DNA of 52,982 nucleotides, taken from assembly GCA_002256925.1 (NCBI GenBank), contig NCGI01000002.1, forward strand, positions 1 to 52,982. The letters are read 5' to 3'. The notes beneath the pieces are model-generated. The model was not told the DNA's origin and did no database searches. It was given only the letters and a program-made list of their open reading frames with translations. Each line of letters begins with the position of its first letter. Position 1 is the first letter of the stretch. The DNA comes from Polaromonas sp. 28-63-22. Its GTDB lineage: Bacteria; Pseudomonadota; Gammaproteobacteria; Burkholderiales; Burkholderiaceae_C. Both the position numbers and the translations under genes were made by a program. Below, piece after piece: positions 36,907 through 47,256 of the stretch.

Positions 36907-37800
36907 ATGCAAATCAACCGCGCCACGCTGGCGGCCTTTTTCACCGGCCTGCAGACCGTTTACAACAATGCTTTCAGCAAGGTGGAGACCACCTTTGACA
37001 ACTACACCATGCGTGTGCCGTCAAGCACGGCGCAGGAGCAGTATGCCTGGATGGGGATGATCCCCGGCCTGCGCGAGTGGCTGGGTGACCGCCAGCTGGC
37101 GAACGTGCGCACCTACGACTACACCATCAAGAACAAGCCCTGGGAGCGCACGCTGGCGTGCTTTCGCGACCAGATGGAAGACGACCAGCTGGGCATTTAT
37201 GGCCCGATGGTGACCGGTCTGGCGCTTGAAGCCAAACGCCACCCGCAGGAGCTGGTCGATGCCTTGTTGCTGGCGGGCTTTGTGGGTCTGTGCTACGACG
37301 GTCAGCCGTTTTTCAGCACCAGCCACCCAACCTACAACGAAGACGGTTCGGTCACCCTGGTGAGTAACAACATGGGTGGCGCTGCCAACCCGTGGTTCCT
37401 GATCGACGATACGCGCGGCGTCATGCCAATGATCCTGCAGGTTCGCAAAGAGCCGCATTTTGTCAACATGGTGCGCGAGGACGACGAGCGCGTTTTCATG
37501 GCCAAAGAGTTTCGCTACGGCGTGGACTGGCGCGGCAATGTGGGGTATGGGTTGTGGCAGCTGGCAATGGGCTCCAAACAGGTGCTCGATGCTACGAACT
37601 ACCAGGCCGCGCGCGCCGCCATGATGAGCATGAACGGCGACAACCAGCGCAAGCTGGGCCTGATGCCCAAGCTGCTCGTCTGCGGTCCTAGCAATGAGGC
37701 GGCCGCCAAGAATCTGCTGAATGCCGACTTCCTGGCCAGTGGCGCGACCAACATCTACAAGGGCACCGCCCGCCTGGTGGTTAGTGCTTACCTGACCTGA
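36907..37800 (+). CDS. Major capsid protein (Mu gpT)
   Basis: YAWMG..P.LREWLGDR, EDDQLGIY, CYDGQPFF...HP and GYGLWQLA motifs. Confidence 0.93.
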   Translation: MQINRATLAAFFTGLQTVYNNAFSKVETTFDNYTMRVPSSTAQEQYAWMGMIPGLREWLGDRQLANVRTYDYTIKNKPWERTLACFRDQMEDDQLGIYGPMVTGLALEAKRHPQELVDALLLAGFVGLCYDGQPFFSTSHPTYNEDGSVTLVSNNMGGAANPWFLIDDTRGVMPMILQVRKEPHFVNMVREDDERVFMAKEFRYGVDWRGNVGYGLWQLAMGSKQVLDATNYQAARAAMMSMNGDNQRKLGLMPKLLVCGPSNEAAAKNLLNADFLASGATNIYKGTARLVVSAYLT

Positions 37801-37856
37801 ACCTGAGCTGACCACCCAGGTGGCCAGCACCCACATTTTTTAATTCTGGAAATTCA

Positions 37857-38081
37857 ATGGCAACAACCAAAAAATCCGAAGCCCGCTCAGCCGACAAAGG
37901 CCTGATGGTGTCCGCCAAGCGCGAGAGCTTCTACAGCGGTGGTCAAACAACCCCCTTCGGCTTTGAGCCGCGCTTTGTGCCGTTCGCAGCCCTGACGGCC
38001 GAGCAGGAAGAAGAGTTGCGCAATGACCCGTACATCGTGGCCATTGACGCCGACGCGCCTGTAACGCCCCCCGAAAAATAA
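37857..38081 (+). CDS. Small Mu gp35 / HI1506-like protein
   Basis: LTAEQ.EELRNDP motif; position after gpT. Confidence 0.6.
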   Translation: MATTKKSEARSADKGLMVSAKRESFYSGGQTTPFGFEPRFVPFAALTAEQEEELRNDPYIVAIDADAPVTPPEK

Positions 38082-38105
38082 CCAACTGCCACGCAGCTGA
38101 GCGAG

Positions 38106-38138
38106 AAAGGCCGGCGGCAGGACTGCCGGCCTTTTTTT
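38106..38138 (+). terminator. Intrinsic terminator after the head genes
   Basis: AAAGGCCGGC...GCCGGCC followed by T7. Confidence 0.8.
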
Positions 38139-38214
38139 AAAACGAGCTTTAAGGAATGCCAGCGCCCGGTGCACCTGGCGCCGCATTCCTCAACCCTCCC
38201 CACCCAAGCACCCA

Positions 38215-38721
38215 TTGACCTACGCCACCGCCACTGCCCTGCTGACCCGCTTCGACGCTGCCGAGATCGCGCAGCGCGTGGACCGGGGCGTACCGCGCCT
38301 GGTGACCAGCCAGCTAATGACGGACGTGGCCGCTGCGGCCGACCTGAGCGCCTACACGGCCGCCGAGGTGGCCCGGGCCCAGGCCGGCCTGCTGGTGATC
38401 AACCGCGCCTTGCAGGACGCTGACGACACGATTAACGGCTACATCAGTGCCCGCTACACGCTGCCCGTCAATCCGGTGCCGGCGGTGCTGCAGCGGGTGG
38501 CTTGCGAGCTAGCGCGCTTCTATTTATATGACGACCAGGTCACCGACCTGATCAAGGACCGGCATGCCAGCAACATCAAGTGGCTGGGCGAAGTGAGCAA
38601 GGGCACCGTGAGCCTGGGTGCCGACGCCGCCACCGGCGTTCAGCCCGTCAGCAGCGCTGGTGCCGAGCTGGTGACAGGTGGCAAGGTCTGGGGCCGTGAA
38701 AGCTCGACGGGGTTTATCTGA
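38215..38721 (+). CDS. Head-tail adaptor (Mu gp36, DUF1320)
   Basis: YAT...L..RF, INGYI..RY.LP, ACELARF.LY and G.VSLG motifs; TTG start. Confidence 0.85.
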   Translation: MTYATATALLTRFDAAEIAQRVDRGVPRLVTSQLMTDVAAAADLSAYTAAEVARAQAGLLVINRALQDADDTINGYISARYTLPVNPVPAVLQRVACELARFYLYDDQVTDLIKDRHASNIKWLGEVSKGTVSLGADAATGVQPVSSAGAELVTGGKVWGRESSTGFI

Positions 38722-39236
38722 TGAGCGTACTCATTGAAGCCCGCGCCGATGGCCTGCAAGGCCTGCAGGCCGGCCTTGCCCGCATGGCGGCGCTGGGCCA
38801 GCGGCCGCGCCCGATCTGGGACGCGATCGGCCAGTACGGCGAAAGCAGCACGCGCCTTCGATTCAAGAACCAGGCGGGGCCGGACGGCCAACGCTGGAAG
38901 CCCAGCCGGCGCGCACAGATCAGCGGCCCAGGCCGCACCCTGATCATGAAGGCGCGCTTGCTGCGCAGCATCACCCACCGCGCCGACAACAGCGGCACCA
39001 GCTGGGGCACCAATGTGATTTACGCCGGCATCCACCAGTTTGGCGGCACCATCAAGGCCAAAGGCGGTGGCGCGCTGCGCTTTCGGCTGCCTGGTGGCGG
39101 CTTTGTGACGGTCAAGAAAGTGACGATCCCGGCCCGCCCTTTTATTGGCGTGAACGCCGATGACGGCCGCGAGATGCTGGCGCTGACGAACGACGCCATT
39201 GACGTGGCGGCGCGCAACCGTGGTGGTGCCGCCTGA
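38721..39236 (+). CDS. Virion morphogenesis protein (Mu gpG-like)
   Basis: RF..Q.GPDG..W.P, GTNVIYAGIHQFGG and IPARPFIG motifs. Confidence 0.88.
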   Translation: MSVLIEARADGLQGLQAGLARMAALGQRPRPIWDAIGQYGESSTRLRFKNQAGPDGQRWKPSRRAQISGPGRTLIMKARLLRSITHRADNSGTSWGTNVIYAGIHQFGGTIKAKGGGALRFRLPGGGFVTVKKVTIPARPFIGVNADDGREMLALTNDAIDVAARNRGGAA

Positions 39237-39850
39237 TGCTCGCCGCTGCCGAAAAAGCCTTGCTGACCCGGTTGCGAGAGCATCGTGACATCAAAGGCGT
39301 GGTGCGCACCGTGGACACGCTGCCCAAGGTGACCAGCGACGCGCTGCTCAAACGCTATTACGCCGATGCGCCCGCCCTCTACATCGTGCCCGGCCGCTTC
39401 AGTGTGGCCGACAGCCTGGCGACGCTGCGGTTCACCGTGGCCGGCGTGGTGCGCAACGTGGCCGGCGCCGCGCAGGCGCGCAACGGCGACGGCATCGACA
39501 TCGGCTGCGACCACCTGGTGACGCTGGCGATCCGTGCGCTGCACGACCAGATGGTGGGCGACTGCAGCTGGCGCGTGGTGAGCGGCGAGATGGTTGACGA
39601 AGAAATATTTGACCAGGCTGGCGTGGCGGCAGTGGAACTGCAGCTGGAGAGCTGGCCGGTCGAGATCGGTTTTGACTATGGCGCAGGGCAGATCGCCGAG
39701 CTGGCGAGCTTCACCCGTGTGCATGCCGATATCGATATCCCCCCGCAGGCCGGCAGCGCCGAGCACGCCAAGTGGCTGGCGACCCCGCCTGACTTTTCAA
39801 CCAGCCGGCCCGATGCCGAGCTGGACGCACAACTGCCTGGAGCACGCTGA
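39236..39850 (+). CDS. Tail terminator-like protein (Mu gp37 position)
   Basis: Synteny between gpG and gp38/sheath. Confidence 0.6.
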   Translation: MLAAAEKALLTRLREHRDIKGVVRTVDTLPKVTSDALLKRYYADAPALYIVPGRFSVADSLATLRFTVAGVVRNVAGAAQARNGDGIDIGCDHLVTLAIRALHDQMVGDCSWRVVSGEMVDEEIFDQAGVAAVELQLESWPVEIGFDYGAGQIAELASFTRVHADIDIPPQAGSAEHAKWLATPPDFSTSRPDAELDAQLPGAR

Positions 39851-40062
39851 TGGAACGAATTTTTGTAAAACCCGCCGCGCCGGACCTCAAGGTGCGCAAG
39901 CCTGTGAACGGCTACCTGGCGGCCGATGGCGAAATGGTGAACGCCGAAAGCTACTGGCTGCGCAGGATTGCCGATGGCGACGTGGTGGGTGCCGAAGCGC
40001 CCGCTGACACACCGAAAACCGCTGTGGCCACGGCGCTGCAACCGCGCACCAAAAGCGCTTAA
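39850..40062 (+). CDS. Mu gp38-like (DUF2635)
   Basis: FVKPA, V..P..G.L...G..V....YWLRRI.DGDV signature. Confidence 0.85.
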   Translation: MERIFVKPAAPDLKVRKPVNGYLAADGEMVNAESYWLRRIADGDVVGAEAPADTPKTAVATALQPRTKSA

Positions 40063-40089
40063 ACACCCCTTTACAGGAGCTTATCCAAC

Positions 40090-41562
40090 ATGCCCGATAA
40101 CATTGCCTTCAATACGATTCCGATCGACGTGCGCACGCCAGGCCAGTACCTGGAGATCGACAACACCAAGGCGGTGCGCGGCCTGCCGTCGATGAGCCGG
40201 CGCATGCTGTTCATCGGCAACAAGCTGGCCGCCGGCACCGCCGTGGCCAACCAGCTTTACCGCATCAACAGCCCGGCCGAAGCGGCGCTGCTGTTTGGCC
40301 GTGGGTCGGTGCTGCATGAAATGTTGACGGCGGCCCGGGCCGCGAATCTGGAAAGCGACATCTGGTCGATGTGCATGGCGGACAACGCCGCCGGCGTGCA
40401 GGCCACGAAGACGATCACACTGACCGGCCCGTCGAACGAGGCCGGCACCCTGGCCTTGTACATCAACGCCCGCAAGCTGACGGTGGGTGTGGCGCTGGCC
40501 GATACGGCCACCGTGACGGCTGCCGCGATTGCCGCCGCCGTCAACGCGAACCTGGATGTTCCGGTGACTGCGGCTGCTGCGCTGGGCGTGGTCACGCTGA
40601 CGGCGCGGCACAAGGGCCAGTTCACCAGCGATATCGACGTTCGGGTGAATTACTACCCCGACGAAAAACTGCCCGCTGGTGTGGCTGCCGTGGTGGCCGA
40701 TGTGACGCCAGGCTCCGGCAACCCGGACGTGGCCGCCGCGCTGGCTGCTATCGGCCTGGAGGCGTACTACACGATCTGCACGCCTTTCAATGACGCGGCC
40801 AACCTGGTGAAGCTGGAGACTGAGCTGAACACGCGCTGGGGCGGCATGGACATGCGCACCGGCCACCTGTTTGTCGGCCTGAAAGGCACGCATGCGGCGC
40901 TGACAACTTTTGGCGCGGCGCGCAACAGCCCGCACAGCACCATCGTCGGCGTGAAGAGTGCGCCGACGCCGGCTTACACCTATGCGGCGGTGCTGGCAGC
41001 GGTGTGTGAATTTTCAGGTGCGATCGACCCGGCGCGGCCGTTCCAGACCTTGACCCTGCCGGGCGTGCTGCCGCCGGCGATCGGCGACCGCTTCACACGC
41101 CAGGAGCGCGACCTGCTGCTGCGCGACGGTATCAGCACCTTCACGGTCGACCAGGGCGGCAACGTGCTGATCGAGCGCGTGGTGACGACTTACCAGGTGA
41201 ATGCCTATGGCATCGACGACGCGAGCTACCTGGACCTGGAGACCAAGTGGACGGTGGACTACATGCGGTTTGCCTTCCGGGCGCGCATTGCGCTGCGCTT
41301 TCCGCGCCACAAGCTGGCCGACGACGGCACCAGCTTTGCGCCAGGCCAGCAGGTGGCCACGCCCAACATCATTCGCGGCGAGCTGCTGGACGTGGCGCGC
41401 CAGCTGGAGCTGGTGGGTGTTCTGGAAGGCTTCGAGCAGTTCAAGAACGACCTGGTGGTGGTGCGCAGCACCGTGGACACCGGCCGCGTCAACTGCATCT
41501 TGCCGCCGAATGTGGTCAACCAGTTCCGCGTGTTTGCCGCGTCGGTTCAGTTCATTCTTTAA
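40090..41562 (+). CDS. Tail sheath protein (Mu gpL)
   Basis: F.TIP..VRTPG.Y.E.DN, FG.GS, DPARPFQTL.L and ER.LLL..GIST motifs. Confidence 0.93.
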   Translation: MPDNIAFNTIPIDVRTPGQYLEIDNTKAVRGLPSMSRRMLFIGNKLAAGTAVANQLYRINSPAEAALLFGRGSVLHEMLTAARAANLESDIWSMCMADNAAGVQATKTITLTGPSNEAGTLALYINARKLTVGVALADTATVTAAAIAAAVNANLDVPVTAAAALGVVTLTARHKGQFTSDIDVRVNYYPDEKLPAGVAAVVADVTPGSGNPDVAAALAAIGLEAYYTICTPFNDAANLVKLETELNTRWGGMDMRTGHLFVGLKGTHAALTTFGAARNSPHSTIVGVKSAPTPAYTYAAVLAAVCEFSGAIDPARPFQTLTLPGVLPPAIGDRFTRQERDLLLRDGISTFTVDQGGNVLIERVVTTYQVNAYGIDDASYLDLETKWTVDYMRFAFRARIALRFPRHKLADDGTSFAPGQQVATPNIIRGELLDVARQLELVGVLEGFEQFKNDLVVVRSTVDTGRVNCILPPNVVNQFRVFAASVQFIL

Positions 41563-41574
41563 GGGGCGATCAGC

Positions 41575-41925
41575 ATGACGCAAATTGCAGGAAAAGTTTT
41601 TGTCACCATCAACGGCCAGCGGCTGCGCAGCAAGGAAGGCGCGAGCCTGGAGACTGGCGGCATCGAGCGCGAGCCCGTCGTCAGCGACAGCGGCGTCGAT
41701 GGCTTCATGGAGAAGTACACGGCGCCGAAGGTGGACTGCAAGGTCAGCCTGACCAACGACGTGCGCCTGGCAGACCTGCAGGCCTTTCGCGACGGCACGC
41801 TGGTGTTCGAGACCGATACCGGCCGCGTGTACACGCTGACCGGCGCCTGGAACGCCAAGCCGCCCAAGCTGGAAAAAGGCGAAGTGACGCTGGAGTTCGG
41901 CGCGCAGGAGTGCCTGGAGGGCTAG
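41575..41925 (+). CDS. Tail tube protein (Mu gpM)
   Basis: GG.ERE.V and FETDTG..Y.L..AW pattern; follows the sheath gene. Confidence 0.85.
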   Translation: MTQIAGKVFVTINGQRLRSKEGASLETGGIEREPVVSDSGVDGFMEKYTAPKVDCKVSLTNDVRLADLQAFRDGTLVFETDTGRVYTLTGAWNAKPPKLEKGEVTLEFGAQECLEG

Positions 41926-41974
41926 AAAACCAGAATTTGCGATCTGGTGCAAGTTGGCACTTTGCGCAAAGCCG

Positions 41975-41996
41975 AGCCACCTGCGGGTGGCTTTTT
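41975..41996 (+). terminator. Intrinsic terminator after the tail tube gene
   Basis: AGCCACC-TGCG-GGTGGCT followed by TTTT. Confidence 0.7.
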
Positions 41997-42031
41997 ACCT
42001 GAAACACCCCTGATATTTATTTGGAGAAGCG

Positions 42032-42323
42032 CATGGACGGCACCCTGATCAAGACCCTGAAAAAACCCTGGAAAGTCGGCGGCAAAGAGCAGGCGGACAT
42101 TGAGGTTCGCCCGGCCACGATGAAGGACGTGTGCGAGGCCGAGCAGGCCGCGTCGGCCTTTCAGCCGAACAGCTTCAATGTGCAGATGGCCTGCCTGCAG
42201 CTGGTGCGCGCCGGTGAGTTTGTCGGCCCGTTTGTGGCGGCGCACTTCACCGCGATGCGCCCGGCGCAGTTCAGTGAAATCACGGCCGCGCTGCAGGAGG
42301 CAGACCGGCTGGGGGAAGACTAG
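42032..42323 (+). CDS. Tail assembly chaperone (gp41-like)
   Basis: LKKP, VRPATMKD...AE; between tube and tape measure genes. Confidence 0.78.
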
Positions 42324-42469
42324 TCGCCAAGCGGAAAAACCTGCTTGGCCAGGTGATGCTGCTGGCGCTGAAATTTCACTGGAGCCGCGCCGAGATCATG
42401 AGCCTGCCGATTGCCGAATTCGAGCACTACGTCAACGAACTCACCGCACTGAACACCCCTGAACCATGA
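42311..42469 (+). CDS. Frameshift extension of the tail chaperone (GpE'-like)
   Basis: -1 frame is open from GGGGGAA (42311-42317) and encodes FHWSRAEIMSLP..E...Y. Confidence 0.7.
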   Translation, partial: GGRLVAKRKNLLGQVMLLALKFHWSRAEIMSLPIAEFEHYVNELTALNTPEP

Positions 42470-44286
42470 GCACCACTTACGTTGTCGGCGTTCGCATTGA
42501 TGGCAGTGCGGCCAGCTATTTGCGCGCCACGCAGCAGGCGCAGCAGGCCACCCGCACATTCGCCAATGCAGCAAAGGCCGAGTTCCAGCGGCTCAAGGGT
42601 TTCATGCAGTCGTACCAGGGGCAGATCGCCTCGCTCGGTTTGGGCGTCGGGTTTGTGCAGGGCGCGCGCAATGCAGCGCTGCTGGAAAAGAAACTGACGC
42701 AGGTGCGCCTGACCGCCGGCATGACGGCGGCTGAGCAGACTGAGGCGTACCAGACGATGTTTGCTCTGATCAAGAAGAATGGCGGCGTGATCGAGGAGAC
42801 GGTTGACGGTTTCAACAACCTGGTGCAGGCCGGCCTCAAGTACAAAGAGGCGATGGAGGCGACCAAGGCGGTCAACCTGGCCAAAGCGGTGACCGGCGCC
42901 AGCGAGCAGTCGCTCAGTGGCTCATTGACGGTGGGCGCTGCCAACTTCAACTTCGATTTAGCCAAGACCGGCGTGGCCACCACCATGCTCGACCAGATGA
43001 CGGTAGCCGGCCGGCTGGGCAATGCCGAGCTGGAGCAGCTGTCAAATATTTTCCCGCGCGTGGCGCAGCGGGCCCAGTCGGCCGGCATGGGCTTCACGTC
43101 CACGTTGGCCTTCATCGAGGGCCTGTCGAAGATCGAGCGGCAACCCGAGCGCCTGGCCACGCTGGCCGACTCGACGCTTCGGCTCTTTACCAATGCGCAT
43201 TACGCCAAGGATGCCGAAAAAGCGACCGGGGTGAAGTTCTTTGCGAAAAACGGCAGCCGGCGCGATGCGGTGACGATCCTGGAAGACATGCGCAAGGGCT
43301 TCGCGAAGCTGACGACCGACGCGCAGCGCTTCCAGTATGTGAGCAAGGCCTTCGGCAAGGCTGACCTGGACACCCAGCGTGGCCTCTTGGCGCTGCTCAA
43401 CGGCAGCGGGCTGCAGGACATTCGAAAATTCAAGACTGAAATCGACAATGCTGGCGGCACGCTCGAGCGCGATCTGCCGACGGCGATCGCCAACGCGGCC
43501 GACCAGGCTTCCCGGCTAAAAAACACCCTGCGCCAGGCAGCTGAAAGTTTTGCGCGCCCGATCAACGCGACCATTGCCGACGCCATCAAGTATTTGCTCA
43601 ACAGTAAAGAGCAAGGCGGGCTGGGCTTGAGCGGCGCACAGATCACCGGCGGCGCCGCAGCCGGCGCCGTGGGCGTGTATGCGCTGTCGCGGATTCTGCC
43701 TGGCATCGCCGGCAAGATCGTGGGGCGCACGGGTGGGCTGGCGGCTGGCGTGGCCGAGGGCAAGGCGCTGCAGGCGGCTGCCGGCGTGCAACCGGTCTAT
43801 GTGACGAACTGGGCCGAGATGCAGGGCGGTGGTGGCAGCGGTCTTTTGGGTACGGCCGGTGCGGCTGCGGGCGGCGCAAGCGCCATCGGCTTGCTGACCC
43901 GCCTCAAGACATTCGCCTCGCTCGTGCCGCTGGCCGCCGGCTCGACGCTGGGCGTCGCCGGGGCCGGCATGGTGGCAGGCGGCGCTGCGCTGGCTGGTGG
44001 CGTGGGCTATGGCGTCGGTACCGGCGTTTACAAGCTCGGCCTGGAGGGCAACAAGGGCGGCGAAGGCATTGGCGAGCTGGTGGCGCGCTTCATGAGCTTG
44101 TTTGGCAATGAAGAAGCCAAGCGATCCGTCGCTATTAACGATGCTTTAAAGAACAGCAAGGTCGGCGGCGAACTGACGATTCGCATTCAGGGCAACCCCA
44201 ACCTGTCGGTGCAGGCTGAAACCAAACCCTTCACCGGCACCAAGATGAACGCGCTGGGCCAGACCATGCGTGAGGCGGGTTGGTAA
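42466..44286 (+). CDS. Tail tape measure protein
   Basis: Long Ala/Gly-rich helical protein; AGRLGNAEL..L and VQPVYVTNW motifs. Confidence 0.88.
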   Translation: MSTTYVVGVRIDGSAASYLRATQQAQQATRTFANAAKAEFQRLKGFMQSYQGQIASLGLGVGFVQGARNAALLEKKLTQVRLTAGMTAAEQTEAYQTMFALIKKNGGVIEETVDGFNNLVQAGLKYKEAMEATKAVNLAKAVTGASEQSLSGSLTVGAANFNFDLAKTGVATTMLDQMTVAGRLGNAELEQLSNIFPRVAQRAQSAGMGFTSTLAFIEGLSKIERQPERLATLADSTLRLFTNAHYAKDAEKATGVKFFAKNGSRRDAVTILEDMRKGFAKLTTDAQRFQYVSKAFGKADLDTQRGLLALLNGSGLQDIRKFKTEIDNAGGTLERDLPTAIANAADQASRLKNTLRQAAESFARPINATIADAIKYLLNSKEQGGLGLSGAQITGGAAAGAVGVYALSRILPGIAGKIVGRTGGLAAGVAEGKALQAAAGVQPVYVTNWAEMQGGGGSGLLGTAGAAAGGASAIGLLTRLKTFASLVPLAAGSTLGVAGAGMVAGGAALAGGVGYGVGTGVYKLGLEGNKGGEGIGELVARFMSLFGNEEAKRSVAINDALKNSKVGGELTIRIQGNPNLSVQAETKPFTGTKMNALGQTMREAGW

Positions 44287-45521
44287 TGGCCTGGCGCAAC
44301 GAACTCAACAAAATCACGCTGCCCGACGGCCGCGAGCTGGTGGCGGGCAGCTTTCGCGGGGTGACCTTCCGCACCGTGGGCGCAGAGATCAAGGTCGGCC
44401 GGCGCAATGTGGTCAATGAGTACCCGCAGCGCGATGTGCCGTATGTGGACGACCTGGGTCGGCGTGCGCGGCGCTTTGTGGTCGAGTGCCACGTCATTGG
44501 CGAGAACTACCTGGTCGAGCGCGACGCGCTGATCGGCGCGTTCGAGGCCAAAGGGCCGGGCGAGCTGATTCACCCGCGCTATGGCTCGCGCCGGGTGTCG
44601 GTGGATGGCGATGTGAGCGTGAAGGAGTCGCCCGAGCAAGGCGGCATGGCGCGCATCAGCGTGACGTTTGTCGAGGACGGCGACAACACCTTCCCGACCG
44701 CTGCCCGGAACACTGTGGTGCAGGTGGAGGTGGCGGCCAATGCGCTGGACGAGGCCACCGAGGCGGCGTTTGCCGATGACTTCACGGTAGCCGGTGCGAG
44801 CGTGCTGGCGACGCAGGCGCTCAAGGGCCTGACGGCGACCGCTGCGGCGCTGCTGCAGACGGCGCGGCTGGTGACCAGCACCGCCGGCCTGGCAACGCTG
44901 GTGGGTCTGGTGGGTGGCTTCACGGGCAACCTGACCGGGCTGATCCGCACGCCGGTCATATTGGTGCAGAGCCTGCGCAGCATGTATGCGCAGCTGGTGC
45001 AGGCGCTGGAGCGGCCGGTGTCGGCGTTCTCGGAATGGCAGGTGGTGTTTGCCGGCAACAGCCGGCCGGCTGCAGTGGCGCTGGCCGGATCGACGCGCGC
45101 GCGCAGCCTGGCCAATGACACGGCGCGCGCCGACCTGCAGCGCCGCCTGGCTTTGAGCAACCAGGCGCGGGCGCTGACGATTGCGCTGGGCAGCACGGCC
45201 CTGGTGGCCACGGCGGACCAGGCGCTGGCGCTGCGCCAGGCGCTGACCGGCCAGATCGACGCCGAGCTGGAACTGAACGACCCGCCGGCCGACGTGGCCC
45301 GGGCCCTGAGCGCGCTGCGAGCGGCGGTGGTGCGGGATGTGACGGCGCGGGCCGAGTTGCTGCAGCAGCGCGCCAGCTATACGCCGCAGGCTGTGCTGCC
45401 GGCGCTGGTGCTGGCGCACCGCGTGTACCAGGACGCGACGCGCAGCGATGAGCTGGTGGCGCGCAATGCGGTGGTGCACCCGGCCTTTGTGCCGGCGGCG
45501 ACGCTGGAGATTCTGCGGTGA
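44286..45521 (+). CDS. DNA circularisation protein (Mu gpN/gp43)
   Basis: SFRGV.F, GRR....EYPQRD...DDLGR, G.LIHP.YG and RN...HP.FVP motifs. Confidence 0.9.
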   Translation: MAWRNELNKITLPDGRELVAGSFRGVTFRTVGAEIKVGRRNVVNEYPQRDVPYVDDLGRRARRFVVECHVIGENYLVERDALIGAFEAKGPGELIHPRYGSRRVSVDGDVSVKESPEQGGMARISVTFVEDGDNTFPTAARNTVVQVEVAANALDEATEAAFADDFTVAGASVLATQALKGLTATAAALLQTARLVTSTAGLATLVGLVGGFTGNLTGLIRTPVILVQSLRSMYAQLVQALERPVSAFSEWQVVFAGNSRPAAVALAGSTRARSLANDTARADLQRRLALSNQARALTIALGSTALVATADQALALRQALTGQIDAELELNDPPADVARALSALRAAVVRDVTARAELLQQRASYTPQAVLPALVLAHRVYQDATRSDELVARNAVVHPAFVPAATLEILR

Positions 45522-46714
45522 ATAACCCGGTCAATGACTGCCGGCTGCTGATTGACGGCAAAGAATACGGCGGCTGGACGCGGCTGGAAGTGCAGCGCGG
45601 GATTGAGCAGATTGCCGGCGGCTTTGTGCTGCAGCTGACGCAGCGCTACCCCGGTGACGGCGGCGGCGCAGTGGGCGCGCTGCCGCCGCTGCAGCTGCGT
45701 GAGGGCTTGCCCTGCCAGGTGTATTTGGGCGCCGACCTGGTGATCGGTGGCTACGTCGATGACTACGAGACCGACGACACGGCGACCAGCGCGCAGGTGC
45801 GCCTGTCGGGCCGTGACAAGACGGCCGACCTGGTCGATTGCTCGGCCATCTACAAGACCGGCCAATGGCGCGGCGCGAAGCTGGAAAAAATCGTGGCCGA
45901 CATCTGCGCGCCCTTCAAAATCACCGTGCTGGTGGCGCCGGGCACGAACACGGGCGATGTGTTCAAACGCTACGCGCTGGAAGAAGGCGAGAAGGCCTTC
46001 GATGCGATCGACCGGGCCTGCCGGCTGCGCGCGGTGCTGGTGACCAGCACGCCGGCCGGGGAGTTGCTGATCTGCACCGCCGGCACCACGGACAGCGGTG
46101 TGGCGCTGATCGAGGGCGTGAACATGCTGAAGTTCAACAGCCGGCACAGCTGGAAGGAGCGCCACAGCGAGGTGACGCTCAAAGGCCAGGTGCCGGGTGA
46201 CGACCACGAGAACGGCGCGGCGGCGGCGCATTTGAAAGCCAGTGGCCAGGACGCCGAGATCAACCGCTACCGGCCGCTGGTGGTGATGGCCGAGCACGGC
46301 ACCAGCACCAAGGCGCTGGCCGACCGCGCCGCGTGGGAAGTGAAGGTGCGCATGGGCCGAGGCAAGCGCGGCGGCTGCACGGTGGTGGGCTGGCGCACGG
46401 GCAAGGACGGCCAGGAGGGCGCGCTGTGGCAGCCCAACACGCTGGTGCAGGTGACCAGCCCGCGCATGAACATCGACCGCCGGCTACTGATTGTGAGCTG
46501 TAGCTACCAGCTGACCGAGCAGGGCCGCGTGTGCGATTTGACCTTTGCGCGGCCCGAGGCTTTTGCGCTGGTCGAAGGCGTGGGCCGCAGCAAGCTGAAC
46601 GCGAAGCTGAACGACAAAACCCAAAAAGAGAAAAAGAAAAAAGGCGATGGGTTTACGCCGAGCTGGGAGCTGACGCCGCCGAACCCGCGCGACTTGCGGG
46701 GATCTGAGCGATGA
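45518..46714 (+). CDS. Baseplate hub protein (Mu gpP/gp44)
   Basis: YGGW, GRDKTADLVDCS and LWQPNTLV motifs. Confidence 0.9.
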   Translation: MNNPVNDCRLLIDGKEYGGWTRLEVQRGIEQIAGGFVLQLTQRYPGDGGGAVGALPPLQLREGLPCQVYLGADLVIGGYVDDYETDDTATSAQVRLSGRDKTADLVDCSAIYKTGQWRGAKLEKIVADICAPFKITVLVAPGTNTGDVFKRYALEEGEKAFDAIDRACRLRAVLVTSTPAGELLICTAGTTDSGVALIEGVNMLKFNSRHSWKERHSEVTLKGQVPGDDHENGAAAAHLKASGQDAEINRYRPLVVMAEHGTSTKALADRAAWEVKVRMGRGKRGGCTVVGWRTGKDGQEGALWQPNTLVQVTSPRMNIDRRLLIVSCSYQLTEQGRVCDLTFARPEAFALVEGVGRSKLNAKLNDKTQKEKKKKGDGFTPSWELTPPNPRDLRGSER

Positions 46715-47256
46715 GCCTTGCAGACCGCGTTCGCGGCATGGTGAGCCGGGCTGTCGTCAGCCTGGTCAATGACGCGTTCAAGATGCAGGCGCTGCAGGTG
46801 ACGCTGCAAGCTGACCAGACGCCGGATGACGCCGAGCACTTTCAGCACTACGGCTACACCAGCGTGCCGCTCCCGGGTGCCGAGGGCATTGCGCTGGCCG
46901 TCGGCGGCAGCAGTGGCCACATTGTGGTGATTAACGTCGATGACCGGCGCTATCGCATCAAGGGGCTGGCGGCCGGGGAGGTCTGCCTGTACGACGACCA
47001 GGGCCAGCGCGTGCACCTGACGCGTGCGGGCATCGTGGTCAAGGGCGCGGGCAAGCCGGTGACGATCACCGACACGCCGCTGGTCAAGATCGAGGCCAAC
47101 CTGCAGGTGACGGGCAGCATCACGGGCCAGAACGGCATGGCGGTGACCGGCGCTATTGCCGCCACCGGCGACGTGACGGCGGCCGGCACCAGTCTGCGCA
47201 CGCATGTGCACAGCGGTGTTCAGCCTGGCGCGGGAAACACCGGTGCGCCTGTTTAA
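46711..47256 (+). CDS. Baseplate spike (Mu gp45)
   Basis: QHYGYTSVP..GAE, DRRYR, GEV.LYDDQG and C-terminal H.H metal-binding motif. Confidence 0.9.
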   Translation: MSLADRVRGMVSRAVVSLVNDAFKMQALQVTLQADQTPDDAEHFQHYGYTSVPLPGAEGIALAVGGSSGHIVVINVDDRRYRIKGLAAGEVCLYDDQGQRVHLTRAGIVVKGAGKPVTITDTPLVKIEANLQVTGSITGQNGMAVTGAIAATGDVTAAGTSLRTHVHSGVQPGAGNTGAPV

